Shown in pieces: positions 50,316 to 58,653 of a DNA stretch of 64,000 nt; the first letter of the stretch is position 1, and every line of letters starts with the position of its first letter. Made by a program: the position numbers and the translations under genes. The notes beneath the pieces were generated by a model. It was given only the letters and a program-made list of their open reading frames with translations. It had not been told where the DNA came from and did not search any database. The DNA comes from Bryobacterales bacterium. GTDB lineage: Bacteria > Acidobacteriota > Terriglobia > Bryobacterales > Bryobacteraceae. The DNA lies in assembly GCA_963818065.1 (NCBI GenBank), contig CAWFQW010000006.1, positions 204,139 to 268,138 of the forward strand. Direction: 5' to 3'.

Positions 50316-52469
50316 CTAGTTTCTCCGCGGCTGGTTGGCAAGAGGCGTGCCCACCCAGCGGAAAAATTCGTTGGGCTCCACGCGATGCGCCGCGTCATGC
50401 GGGCACGCATACACGCAACTGGGCTCGGCGAGATCGGTGCATAGATCGCACGAGGTCGCCTTCTGTTTGACCACGGCCATCTGGCGTCCCGCGTTCGCGG
50501 GATCGTTTTCCATCACCGTGAACGGATGCATGTTGATATTTCCGTACGGGCAATTCTTCGCGCACAGGCCGCATCCGATGCACCAATTCTCGATGATCAC
50601 TTCGAGCGAATTGCGCCGGCGAATCGACCCGACCGGACAACCGATCATGCACAACGGATCCCTGCAATGGCGGCAGGACGTGGCCACCAGATATTTGTCG
50701 AAACGCTGGCCTTCGCGGATCAGCCGGGTTACTCCATCGTGAGCATCGGCACACGCGCGCACGCAGGCATCGCAACGCGTACAGCGCTCCAGATCCATCA
50801 CCAGCAGGCTCTGCGCTTCCATCAATCCTTGGGCCAGGAACGAATCCAGTGGCATGCTGGTCGCGGTAGCCAGGCGCTGCCGGTTCTGCTCTTGCCGCTC
50901 GCGCACCAGGGTCTCCAGGCTCCGGCGCACTTCAGGGAATCGCTCCACCATGCGGTGAAATTCCTCGCCGTGAATGCGCACCAGCTCCACGTGATCGAGC
51001 GCTGTGCAGGTGGCCGTTCGGATTCCGCCACCCAGCAATCCGATTTCGCCGAAGTATCCGCCGCGTCCCAGGTACGCCAGCACCAACTCGCCGCCAGGAT
51101 GCCCTTCCGACACTTTCACGAACCCGAGGCGAATCACGTAGAAGCTGTCCGCGATGTCGCCCTGCCGGCAAATCACGTCGCCCTTGGTGTAGCGCACCAG
51201 CTCCACCTTGTCGCGCAAGGTGTCGATGAACTCCGGATCCAGCGATGCAAACATAGGAACGCTGCGTAGATGATCGTCGAGTGCGCGGCGGCGATAGTTG
51301 GCGTCGAGCTGGGCTTTTAGTGTTTTGTTGCGCTGGATAATATCGAGCACGTTGCGCAGCATTTCAAACATCACGCAGTCGGTGGCCGCGCGTACCGTTG
51401 CCGAGCGCGGATACAGACTCATGCATGTCATTTCGCCGAATAGATCGCCGGGGCCGAGCGTGGCCACCGGATGGTCATAGGGCAAATCCACGGGCGCGTC
51501 AATGGGAATGGTTTCGCGCCGGCCCTCTTCGGAGCGGCTTTCCTGCTGGCGTCCAAATAGGCGGCTGGTCATCTTGCCGAGGAAACCAGTACCGTGACGT
51601 TCGGTATTCACGTGCGCCATCGGCGTCGAGAGAAACACTTCGGCTTGGCCTTCCAGGATGTAAAACGCCGTGGAACCGTACTCGCCCTCGCGGCAAACGA
51701 TCTCACCCTTGCGGAAGTGCCGGCGAACGACGGCATTCTTATTCAATTCGAGAAACGTTCCCGAGACCTTCTGGAAGTAAGAGAGCCGCTGCAGTTCGTC
51801 GATGTCCACCGGCTCGCCGGGCAGAACCGTTTTCACCACACTCTTGTTGGTGAGGGCGCCGGTGGGGCACGACACCATGCACTCGCCGCAGGACACGCAG
51901 GAGGAATTGCCCATCGGCAGATTGGTGTCGAACGCGATGCCCGCGAGGAAGCCCTTACCGCGTCGCCCCAATACATCGTTATGGCGGATTTCGTCGCAAC
52001 CGCGAATGCAGCGATCGCACAAAATGCAGGCCTCGTGATCAACCGCGATCACCAGCGACGAATTGTCCTGGCCGCGTGCGGAGATTTTGCGCGGGAAACG
52101 CGGTTCGCCGATGCCTTCGAGGCGCGCCAGAGTTTCCAATTCGCAGTCGTTCGATTGCCGCTGGCGAGCGCAGGGGCTGGGATGATCCGCCATCAGCATT
52201 TCCACGAGCGTCCGGCGTGCACGTAACACTCGCTCGGAATTGGTGCGCACCACCATATTGTTCTCGGCGGGCCGCACGCACGAGGCTGCCAGTACCCGAG
52301 CTTTCTCTAGGTCAACCACGCACACGCGGCACACGCCGACGGGCGTTTCGTTCTGCTGATGGCACAGCGTGGGGATTGCGATGCCGTGGATGCGCGCCGC
52401 GTCGAATACGCTGGTTCCTTCGGGCACCGAAATCGCTTGGCCGTCGATGCTGAGTTGAACGTCGCTCAT
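50316..52469 (-). CDS. Fe-S protein: NuoG-N-terminal-like [2Fe-2S]/[4Fe-4S] domains + two cNMP-binding domains + four-cluster ferredoxin domain
   Basis: ATG at 52469 forms an ATGA overlap with the upstream stop; ORF 50316..52493 begins at a TTG. N-terminus: C-x11-C-x2-C-x13-C, CILCDRCIRGC and CVSCGECMVSCP. Middle: two CAP-type cNMP domains (FGEMTCMSLYPRSATVRA; YFGEIGLLGGGIRTATCTA). C-terminus: CTRCDACVRAC, CRHCRDPLCMIGCP, CIGCGLCAKNCP and CDLC-x7-CVYACP. Confidence 0.85.
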   Translation of the reverse strand: MSDVQLSIDGQAISVPEGTSVFDAARIHGIAIPTLCHQQNETPVGVCRVCVVDLEKARVLAASCVRPAENNMVVRTNSERVLRARRTLVEMLMADHPSPCARQRQSNDCELETLARLEGIGEPRFPRKISARGQDNSSLVIAVDHEACILCDRCIRGCDEIRHNDVLGRRGKGFLAGIAFDTNLPMGNSSCVSCGECMVSCPTGALTNKSVVKTVLPGEPVDIDELQRLSYFQKVSGTFLELNKNAVVRRHFRKGEIVCREGEYGSTAFYILEGQAEVFLSTPMAHVNTERHGTGFLGKMTSRLFGRQQESRSEEGRRETIPIDAPVDLPYDHPVATLGPGDLFGEMTCMSLYPRSATVRAATDCVMFEMLRNVLDIIQRNKTLKAQLDANYRRRALDDHLRSVPMFASLDPEFIDTLRDKVELVRYTKGDVICRQGDIADSFYVIRLGFVKVSEGHPGGELVLAYLGRGGYFGEIGLLGGGIRTATCTALDHVELVRIHGEEFHRMVERFPEVRRSLETLVRERQEQNRQRLATATSMPLDSFLAQGLMEAQSLLVMDLERCTRCDACVRACADAHDGVTRLIREGQRFDKYLVATSCRHCRDPLCMIGCPVGSIRRRNSLEVIIENWCIGCGLCAKNCPYGNINMHPFTVMENDPANAGRQMAVVKQKATSCDLCTDLAEPSCVYACPHDAAHRVEPNEFFRWVGTPLANQPRRN

Positions 52470-54154
52470 GCGCGCACCTCGCGCATGGGACAAACGCCTT
52501 CCGGACAGCGGTGCTCGCGAACGTGCGCGTCCAATTCATCGCGGAAATGCAGCAGGACCGAGCTGAGCGGTGAGTGCGCGAATTGGCCGAGCCCGCAGAT
52601 GGACGTCAGCTTCAGCGCCTCGGTGAGGTCGTCGATCAGCGCCATATCGGCGGAAGATCCTTGGCCGCGCGTCCAGCCGGTCAGGATGTCCACCATCTTC
52701 TGCGAGCCCGTGCGGCACGGGACGCACTTGCCGCAGGATTCGTTGCGGAAGAATTTCACCGCGTTCAATGCCATGTCGAGCATGCATCGCCCTTCGGCGC
52801 AGACCACAATAGCGCCGGAGCCGAGCATCGATCCGACTGCGGCCAGTGATTTGAAATCCAGTCGCACGTCTACCATCGAAGCCGGCAAGTATCCCGACGA
52901 AGGCCCAGACGGAGCGAAAGCCTTCAACTGTTTGCCGTCCACGATGCCGCCTGCCAGGTTGAAGATCACCTCCGACATCTGCAGACCCATCGGGATTTCG
53001 AACACGCCTGGACGGCGCACGTCCCCGCTGACGCCGACGAACTTCAGTCCGGCCGCGCCGCCTTGTCCCTGGGCTTTGTACCACTCCACGCCGTTTACCA
53101 AAATCTGCGGCACATTGGCGAAGGTCTCGACGTTGTTCAGCGCGGTCGGCTTATTGAACACGCCCTGGTGCACGGGGAAAGGCGGTTTATTGCGAGGCTC
53201 GGCGCGCTTGCCTTCGATGGCTTCGATGAGCGCGCTCTCTTCACCGCAAATGTATCCGCCCGGGCTCACGAACAGCTCCAGGTCGAACGTGAGGCCCGAT
53301 CCCAACACGCTCGGCCCAAGAATCCCCGACGCGTAACAGCGCTCGATCTCTTCGTGCAGAACCTTCTCTTGCGCGTGATACTCGTGCCGGATATAAAGGA
53401 TACCTTTTTCGGCGCCAGTCACCAGTCCAGCGATGATCATGCCCTCAATCACCAGGTTCGGGAGATTGCCCATGATGAAACGATCCTTAATGGTGCCAGG
53501 CTCGCTCTCATCGGCGTTGCAGACCACGTATTTTTCGGGACCCGGCGCCCGGCGAACGGCCTCCCACTTCATGCCGGTGGGAAATCCTGCGCCGCCCAGT
53601 CCGCTCAACCCGCTAGCCTTCAATTGCGCGATCGTGCCGTCCCAATCGCGCGTGGCCGCCAGCATTCGCAAGGCACCGTAGCGCTCGGCGCTCAGGTACG
53701 GGTCGGATGTCAGATCCGCCGTCTTTTCTTCGGCGGACATTTCGGGAAGCTCGTTCCCGCCTAGGGCCGTCAGCACCAGCGCTTCGGCCTGAGCCACAGT
53801 GACGCCGCGATAAATATGATCGTTGATCGAAACCGCCGGAGCGCCGTCGCACTGTCCGAGGCATGAGATGTCGCGGATGGCAACGTCTTCCCCGCTCATC
53901 CCGCGGAAGCGTTGTTCCAAGCCGGCGCGAAGATTGGCGGCGCCCCGCAGATGGCACGACATGTCCGCACAGACGCCCGCAGCCACTCTGGGCGGCCGCG
54001 TCAGATGGAAGTGGGGATAGAAATCGGCGACCCCGTGAATGCGATACAAAGGCGTGTTGGTACGTTCGGACAGCGCTGCTAACTGTTCGCCCGGTAGATA
54101 ACCGTACTGACTCTGAATCGCTCTGAGGTCGTCAAAAATCAACGGTTCGTACAT
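52466..54154 (-). CDS. fused NuoE-like/NuoF-like NAD(P)H-oxidising flavoprotein
   Basis: Intact 562-aa ORF. NuoE-like part: CADMSCHLRG...CLGQCDGAPA (thioredoxin-like 2Fe-2S). NuoF-like part: GLGGAGFPTGMKW, CNADESEPGT, YICGEESALIEAIEG and ESCGKCVPCR (FMN, NADH and 4Fe-4S motifs). Confidence 0.9.
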   Translation of the reverse strand: MYEPLIFDDLRAIQSQYGYLPGEQLAALSERTNTPLYRIHGVADFYPHFHLTRPPRVAAGVCADMSCHLRGAANLRAGLEQRFRGMSGEDVAIRDISCLGQCDGAPAVSINDHIYRGVTVAQAEALVLTALGGNELPEMSAEEKTADLTSDPYLSAERYGALRMLAATRDWDGTIAQLKASGLSGLGGAGFPTGMKWEAVRRAPGPEKYVVCNADESEPGTIKDRFIMGNLPNLVIEGMIIAGLVTGAEKGILYIRHEYHAQEKVLHEEIERCYASGILGPSVLGSGLTFDLELFVSPGGYICGEESALIEAIEGKRAEPRNKPPFPVHQGVFNKPTALNNVETFANVPQILVNGVEWYKAQGQGGAAGLKFVGVSGDVRRPGVFEIPMGLQMSEVIFNLAGGIVDGKQLKAFAPSGPSSGYLPASMVDVRLDFKSLAAVGSMLGSGAIVVCAEGRCMLDMALNAVKFFRNESCGKCVPCRTGSQKMVDILTGWTRGQGSSADMALIDDLTEALKLTSICGLGQFAHSPLSSVLLHFRDELDAHVREHRCPEGVCPMREVRA

Positions 54155-54196
54155 TATATCGTTACGGCTCTGATACCCTGTCTAAGTACTCGACCG

Positions 54197-55501
54197 ATGA
54201 AACCGGCACCGGGCATCCAACTGCTTCTGGGCGCGCTCCTGGCGGTCCGCTGCCTGATGGCCGCCGATAGCGCGGAGTCTTCGAAATACACCGGACCAGG
54301 CTCCTGCAGTTCCCCCAGTTGCCACGGCGGCGTACAAGCGCGCGATCAGACCACAGTGCTGCAGAACGAGTACAGCACCTGGGTGGTGCGCGATAAACAC
54401 GCGCATGCATTTTCGAATCTCACCAATCCGGTTGGGACACGCATCGCCAAAATCATGGGACTGCCGAGTCCCGACACGGCGCCGCGCTGCCTGGCTTGCC
54501 ATGCGCTGGATGTTCCGGCCGATCAGCGCGCCCGCACCTTCGACCTCACCGACGGCGTGGGATGCGAGAACTGCCACGGCCCAGCGTCGGCATGGCTGGG
54601 GCCGCACACCACGCGCGGCTGGAAGTACGAAAAATCGCTCGAGTCGGGACTGTACGATACACGCGATCTGGTGAAGCGCTCCGAAAAATGCCTCAGCTGC
54701 CACCTTGGGACGCCGGAAAAGATGGTGGATCACGAACTGATCGCCGCGGGCCATCCCGATCTGTACTTCGAGCTTGATTCGTTCATGTCGGTGATGCCGC
54801 CGCATTGGAAGGAAGTGGACACCGACCCGTGGTTCGCGGTCCGCGCTATGGCTGTGGGGCAAGCCGTGCAGTTGCGTGAGCAGCTTAAGCGCGTGGCGCG
54901 CGAGTCGCAAGGCGGCATCTGGCCGGAATACGCGGAGCTGGATTGCTTCGCTTGTCACCACAACCTGACTGCCGCGAAAGACAGCTGGCGGCAGGAGCGA
55001 GGGTACACCGGCCGGCGTCCCGGCAATCCGCCGTTCAACCTGTCGCGCTACGTGGTGTTCAAGCACGTGATCCAGGACTCCGATCCCGGGGCCGTTCGCG
55101 ATCTCGAGGCTGGGATCAAGCAGGTCTACGCGGGCGTCACCGCGCTGAATTCGGATCGCCGTCAAGTGGCCATGGAAGCAACCGGCGCGTCGGAGCTGGC
55201 GGGGAGATTGGCGCAACGTTTGAACGGGATGAAATTCGATCCGCCTCAAACGTTGCGTTTGTTGAAGAGCATCGCCGCCGATGGCGACGGAATCGCCGAG
55301 CAAGGTGAGCGCGCGGCCGAGCAAGCCACCATGGCGCTGGATTCGCTGTTCATCGCGTACTCGAAGAACGACAAGCTCGGCAACGAGGCGCAGATTCGAG
55401 CCGGCATTAACGGACTGTTCCAGCAACTGGACGATCCGTCGTTGTTCAACGGCTTCAAGTTCGCCGCGGCAATGAAGAATCTGAGTTCGTTGCTGCCATA
55501 G
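54197..55501 (+). CDS. periplasmic multiheme c-type cytochrome (cytochrome c554-family-like) with helical C-terminal domain
   Basis: 434 aa with a signal peptide. Heme motifs are CSSPSCH (CX4CH), CLACH, CENCH, CLSCH and CFACH. Confidence 0.85.
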   Translation: MKPAPGIQLLLGALLAVRCLMAADSAESSKYTGPGSCSSPSCHGGVQARDQTTVLQNEYSTWVVRDKHAHAFSNLTNPVGTRIAKIMGLPSPDTAPRCLACHALDVPADQRARTFDLTDGVGCENCHGPASAWLGPHTTRGWKYEKSLESGLYDTRDLVKRSEKCLSCHLGTPEKMVDHELIAAGHPDLYFELDSFMSVMPPHWKEVDTDPWFAVRAMAVGQAVQLREQLKRVARESQGGIWPEYAELDCFACHHNLTAAKDSWRQERGYTGRRPGNPPFNLSRYVVFKHVIQDSDPGAVRDLEAGIKQVYAGVTALNSDRRQVAMEATGASELAGRLAQRLNGMKFDPPQTLRLLKSIAADGDGIAEQGERAAEQATMALDSLFIAYSKNDKLGNEAQIRAGINGLFQQLDDPSLFNGFKFAAAMKNLSSLLP

Positions 55502-55509
55502 GCCGAGCC

Positions 55510-57048
55510 ATGCCGTTAGCGCGAACCATCTCCATGTTGACGTTAGCGGCCTGGATCTGTCTTGCGCAGGCACCGCCGCGTCCGCCGATTCATCACCGTC
55601 CGCTTCCGGACCCACCGTCGCTGGTCGATCCCGTGCTGTTGACGTCCGCTGATGTCGCGAGAGTGGTGGAAGTTGCCGCATCATCCGTGAATTCCGATGC
55701 GATGGTGATCGCGGTCACGGATCGCCAGGGCAATATTCTCTCGATTTATCAAAAACCGAACGCGCCGGCCACGGCGCTCGCCAATTTTGGAGTGCAGGCG
55801 GACACGCAAGAAGTAGCCGTAGCGCTCGCGCGGACTGCGGGGTTCTTCAGCAACGATCAAGCGCCGCTTTCCTCGCGGACCGTGCGCTACATCAGCGGCA
55901 TTCACTTTCCGCCAGGAATCAATTTTACGGCCAACGCCCCGCTGTACGGCATCGAGAACACCAATCGCGGCTGCCCCTTCAACGCCGCTTACATCCTGGG
56001 CCAGGAGTTTCCGGCAGCGCGTTCCATCGATGGGTCGACCACCGGCCTCGGCATTCTTACCGGAAAAGCGAATCTCTACGACAGCGATCCCATCGCAGTG
56101 AATCCAGGCGGAGTTCCACTGTACAAACAAGGCGTGCTGGTTGGTGGAGTCGGCGTGGCAGGCGTCGCGGCCGATGTCGCGGAGTTCGCGGCGTTCTCGG
56201 GAGCGGTTGGTGCGGGTTTCGGTGCGAATCCAGCGCCGCCAGGCGTGGTCATCATTAATGGCATCGCGGTGCCCTTCGTCAATCAGACGACTCGGCCCGC
56301 TGGATATGGCGCGGGGTCAGCGGACGGGATGTATGTGTTGGGTCCGCTCGCGAGTCTGAAAGCTCCACCCGAGGGTAATCTGGTTGCGCCGCGCGCGGGT
56401 CCCATTGGCGGCCTGACCGCGGACGAAGTGGAGAGCATCGTTAACGCGGCCACAGCCGAAGCCAATCTCACACGCGCCGTGATCCGATTGCCGATTGGCG
56501 CGCGGACGCGCATGACGATCGCAGTCGCCGATCTGGACGGCACGATCATCGCGCTGTATCGTATGGCCGATGGCACCGTGTTCAGTATCGACGTCGCGGT
56601 GGCGAAAGCGCGCAACGTGATTTTCTTTAGCGGACCTAATCGTACGGCCAGTGATTTGCCGGGTGTGCCGATGGGCACCTCGGTTACTAATCGGACCATA
56701 GGCTTCGGCGGCCAGCCGATTTATCCGCCGGGAATCGACGGCTCGGGGCCAGGTCCTTTTTTTCAGCTCTATCAATTCGACACGCTGAATCCGTGCACGC
56801 AAGGATCGCAGTCGGCGAATCCGAATCAAAACGGCATCGTCTTTTTCCCCGGCTCGCTTCCGCTGTATAAGAACGGAGTGCTGGTGGGTGGCCTGGGCGT
56901 GAGCGGCGATGGCGTGGATCAAGACGATTTCGTGACTTCCGCGGGTGCGGCCGGATTCGATGCGCCCACCAACATCCAAGCCGATCAAATCATCGACCAA
57001 GGCGTGCGGCTGCCGTACCTCAAGTTTCCGCGCAACCCTACGGATTGA
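55510..57048 (+). CDS. secreted protein with two tandem GlcG/HbpS-like (DUF336) domains
   Basis: 512 aa with a signal peptide. Two copies of the DUF336 signature are present (GGVPLYKQGVLVGGVGVAGV... and GSLPLYKNGVLVGGLGVSGDGVDQDD), each preceded by a T..DV..VV......A......MVIAV.D..G-type segment. Confidence 0.8.
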   Translation: MPLARTISMLTLAAWICLAQAPPRPPIHHRPLPDPPSLVDPVLLTSADVARVVEVAASSVNSDAMVIAVTDRQGNILSIYQKPNAPATALANFGVQADTQEVAVALARTAGFFSNDQAPLSSRTVRYISGIHFPPGINFTANAPLYGIENTNRGCPFNAAYILGQEFPAARSIDGSTTGLGILTGKANLYDSDPIAVNPGGVPLYKQGVLVGGVGVAGVAADVAEFAAFSGAVGAGFGANPAPPGVVIINGIAVPFVNQTTRPAGYGAGSADGMYVLGPLASLKAPPEGNLVAPRAGPIGGLTADEVESIVNAATAEANLTRAVIRLPIGARTRMTIAVADLDGTIIALYRMADGTVFSIDVAVAKARNVIFFSGPNRTASDLPGVPMGTSVTNRTIGFGGQPIYPPGIDGSGPGPFFQLYQFDTLNPCTQGSQSANPNQNGIVFFPGSLPLYKNGVLVGGLGVSGDGVDQDDFVTSAGAAGFDAPTNIQADQIIDQGVRLPYLKFPRNPTD

Positions 57049-58653
57049 GCGCGTTCTCCGCGGCGCGCTTTTTTGCCAACTGGCGGAAAATTTCGCCGAA
57101 CGCCGGCATGCTGGAGCGCAGCTTGTCGAAATCCCGCTTGGGAATGATCAGCACATTCATCGCGGTGCGGGCTTGAATCGTGGCGTTGCGGCTCTGATCG
57201 GCAAGCAGCGCCATTTCGCCGAAATGGTCGCCGACTATCAGCGTCGCGAGAAGCCTGCGCTCGCCGTTTTCTTCGCGCCACACTTCGCACTCGCCTTCCT
57301 CGATCACATAGACGCTATCGCCCAGATCGCCTTGCCGGAAAACCACGTCGCCCGGCTTGGAAGTGCTGGTTCTGAATTGCGGACGTGGGATCGAGCTTGG
57401 TCTCGGCGAGATCGGGCGGGAACAGCAGGCGCAGCGCTCCAATCGGTCGCGATGCGGGTCTTGCGATTCAGCCCCGGCATCTTCATCAGATAAATGCAGC
57501 GCCATAGCATCCAAGCCAAAAAGCCCGAGAGTTTCACGCCCAGGATCTGGGCAACGGCCGCTCCATGGCCGAGAGAACTGAGCGTACCCAAACCTTCGAA
57601 CATGAACTCGGCGCGCGCGCCTCCACGGATAGCGGCGGCGATGTTGGTTGCGGCCGTGGCGGCTTCTCGAATGGCGTGCTGCGCGGTGGGCGGAGCTTCC
57701 TTGCCTGAAACAGTTTTCACCACCGCACAATCGCCGAGGGCCCACACCTGACCCTCGTGGTCCTTCAGTTCGAGACCGGTGTTGGTCAGCAGTTTGCCTT
57801 TTTCTTTCGCGCAATTCAGCTTCTGGATCACCGGGGTCAGCGTGGAAGGCACGGTACACACGATGGTCTTGCATGCGATCTCAGCGCCCGATTTCAAGAT
57901 GGCTTTTTCCGACGTCGCAGCTACCAGCCGGTCTTCCAGAATGATCTCGACTCCACGTTTGCGCAGCGTCTTTTGAGCGAACAGCGCCAGCGGCTCGGCC
58001 ATTTCCTGAAGAATGCGGTCGCGCGAATGAACCAGCACCGCGCGATGCGGCTGATCGCGGAGGCGCAGATAATTTTTCTTGACTGCCCGCACGAAGTCGT
58101 TCAGCTCGGCGATCACCTCTACGCCTGAAAATCCTCCGCCGCCCACCACAAAGGTGAGTAGCTTACGCCGCAGCTCGGGATCTTCCTCGACGTCCGCTTC
58201 CTCGAGCGTTCGAATCACGTGATTGCGCAACACCATCGCGTCGGCCAGCGTCTTGAAGGGCATCGCGTTTTCGAGCATGCCCGGCATTCCATAGAAGTTC
58301 GTAACATTGCCGAGCGCGATCACCAGATAGTCGTAATGAATCTGGAGCTGGCGCGGGCGAAACCCAGGGCTGACCGTGACCACGTGGTTCTGAAGATCGA
58401 TGTCTTCAATCTCGCGAGTCACCAGGTTTGTGCGCGGGCAGAGGCGGCGGATGGGCGATACGACGTTAGCCAAGCCGAGGGAGCCGGAGATTACTTCCGA
58501 GAGCATGGGCTGATAGACCCAATAGTTCTCGCGATTGACCAGCGTGATGGCGGCTTCTTCAGGGCGCAGGAGCTTTTCGAGATAGCGGGCCGTATAGACG
58601 CCGGCGAATCCTCCGCCCAGGATGACGATTTGTTTCGCGGCCCGGGCGTCCAT
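57038..58653 (-). pseudogene. type II NADH dehydrogenase (NDH-2) fused to a C-terminal cNMP-binding domain, 2 frameshifts
   Basis: ORF 57304..58653 gives the NDH-2 body (ILGGGFAG, VVGGGGFSGVE, WALGDCA). A third frame reads LLFPPDLAETKLDPTSAIQNQHF. The tail of ORF 57038..57874 gives KPGDVVFRQGDLGDSVYVIEEGECEV...GDHFGEMALLADQSRNATIQA. The shifts are near 57432 and 57360. The 3' end overlaps the convergent GlcG-like gene by 11 nt. Confidence 0.8.

Noticed and set aside
54182-55684. 500-aa minus-strand ORF opposite the c554-like cytochrome gene. Similar long antisense ORFs occur at 2010..3077, 8828..9670, 10179..11006, 20970..21629, 22365..23534, 26323..27051, 31399..32445, 35782..36642, 42381..43355, 60135..61322, 61458..62405 and 63058..63834.
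   Set aside because: Each lies antisense to a gene with clear family motifs. Their translations are Arg/Ala/Gly/His-rich low-complexity strings with no motifs. Stop-free antisense frames are expected in high-G+C DNA.
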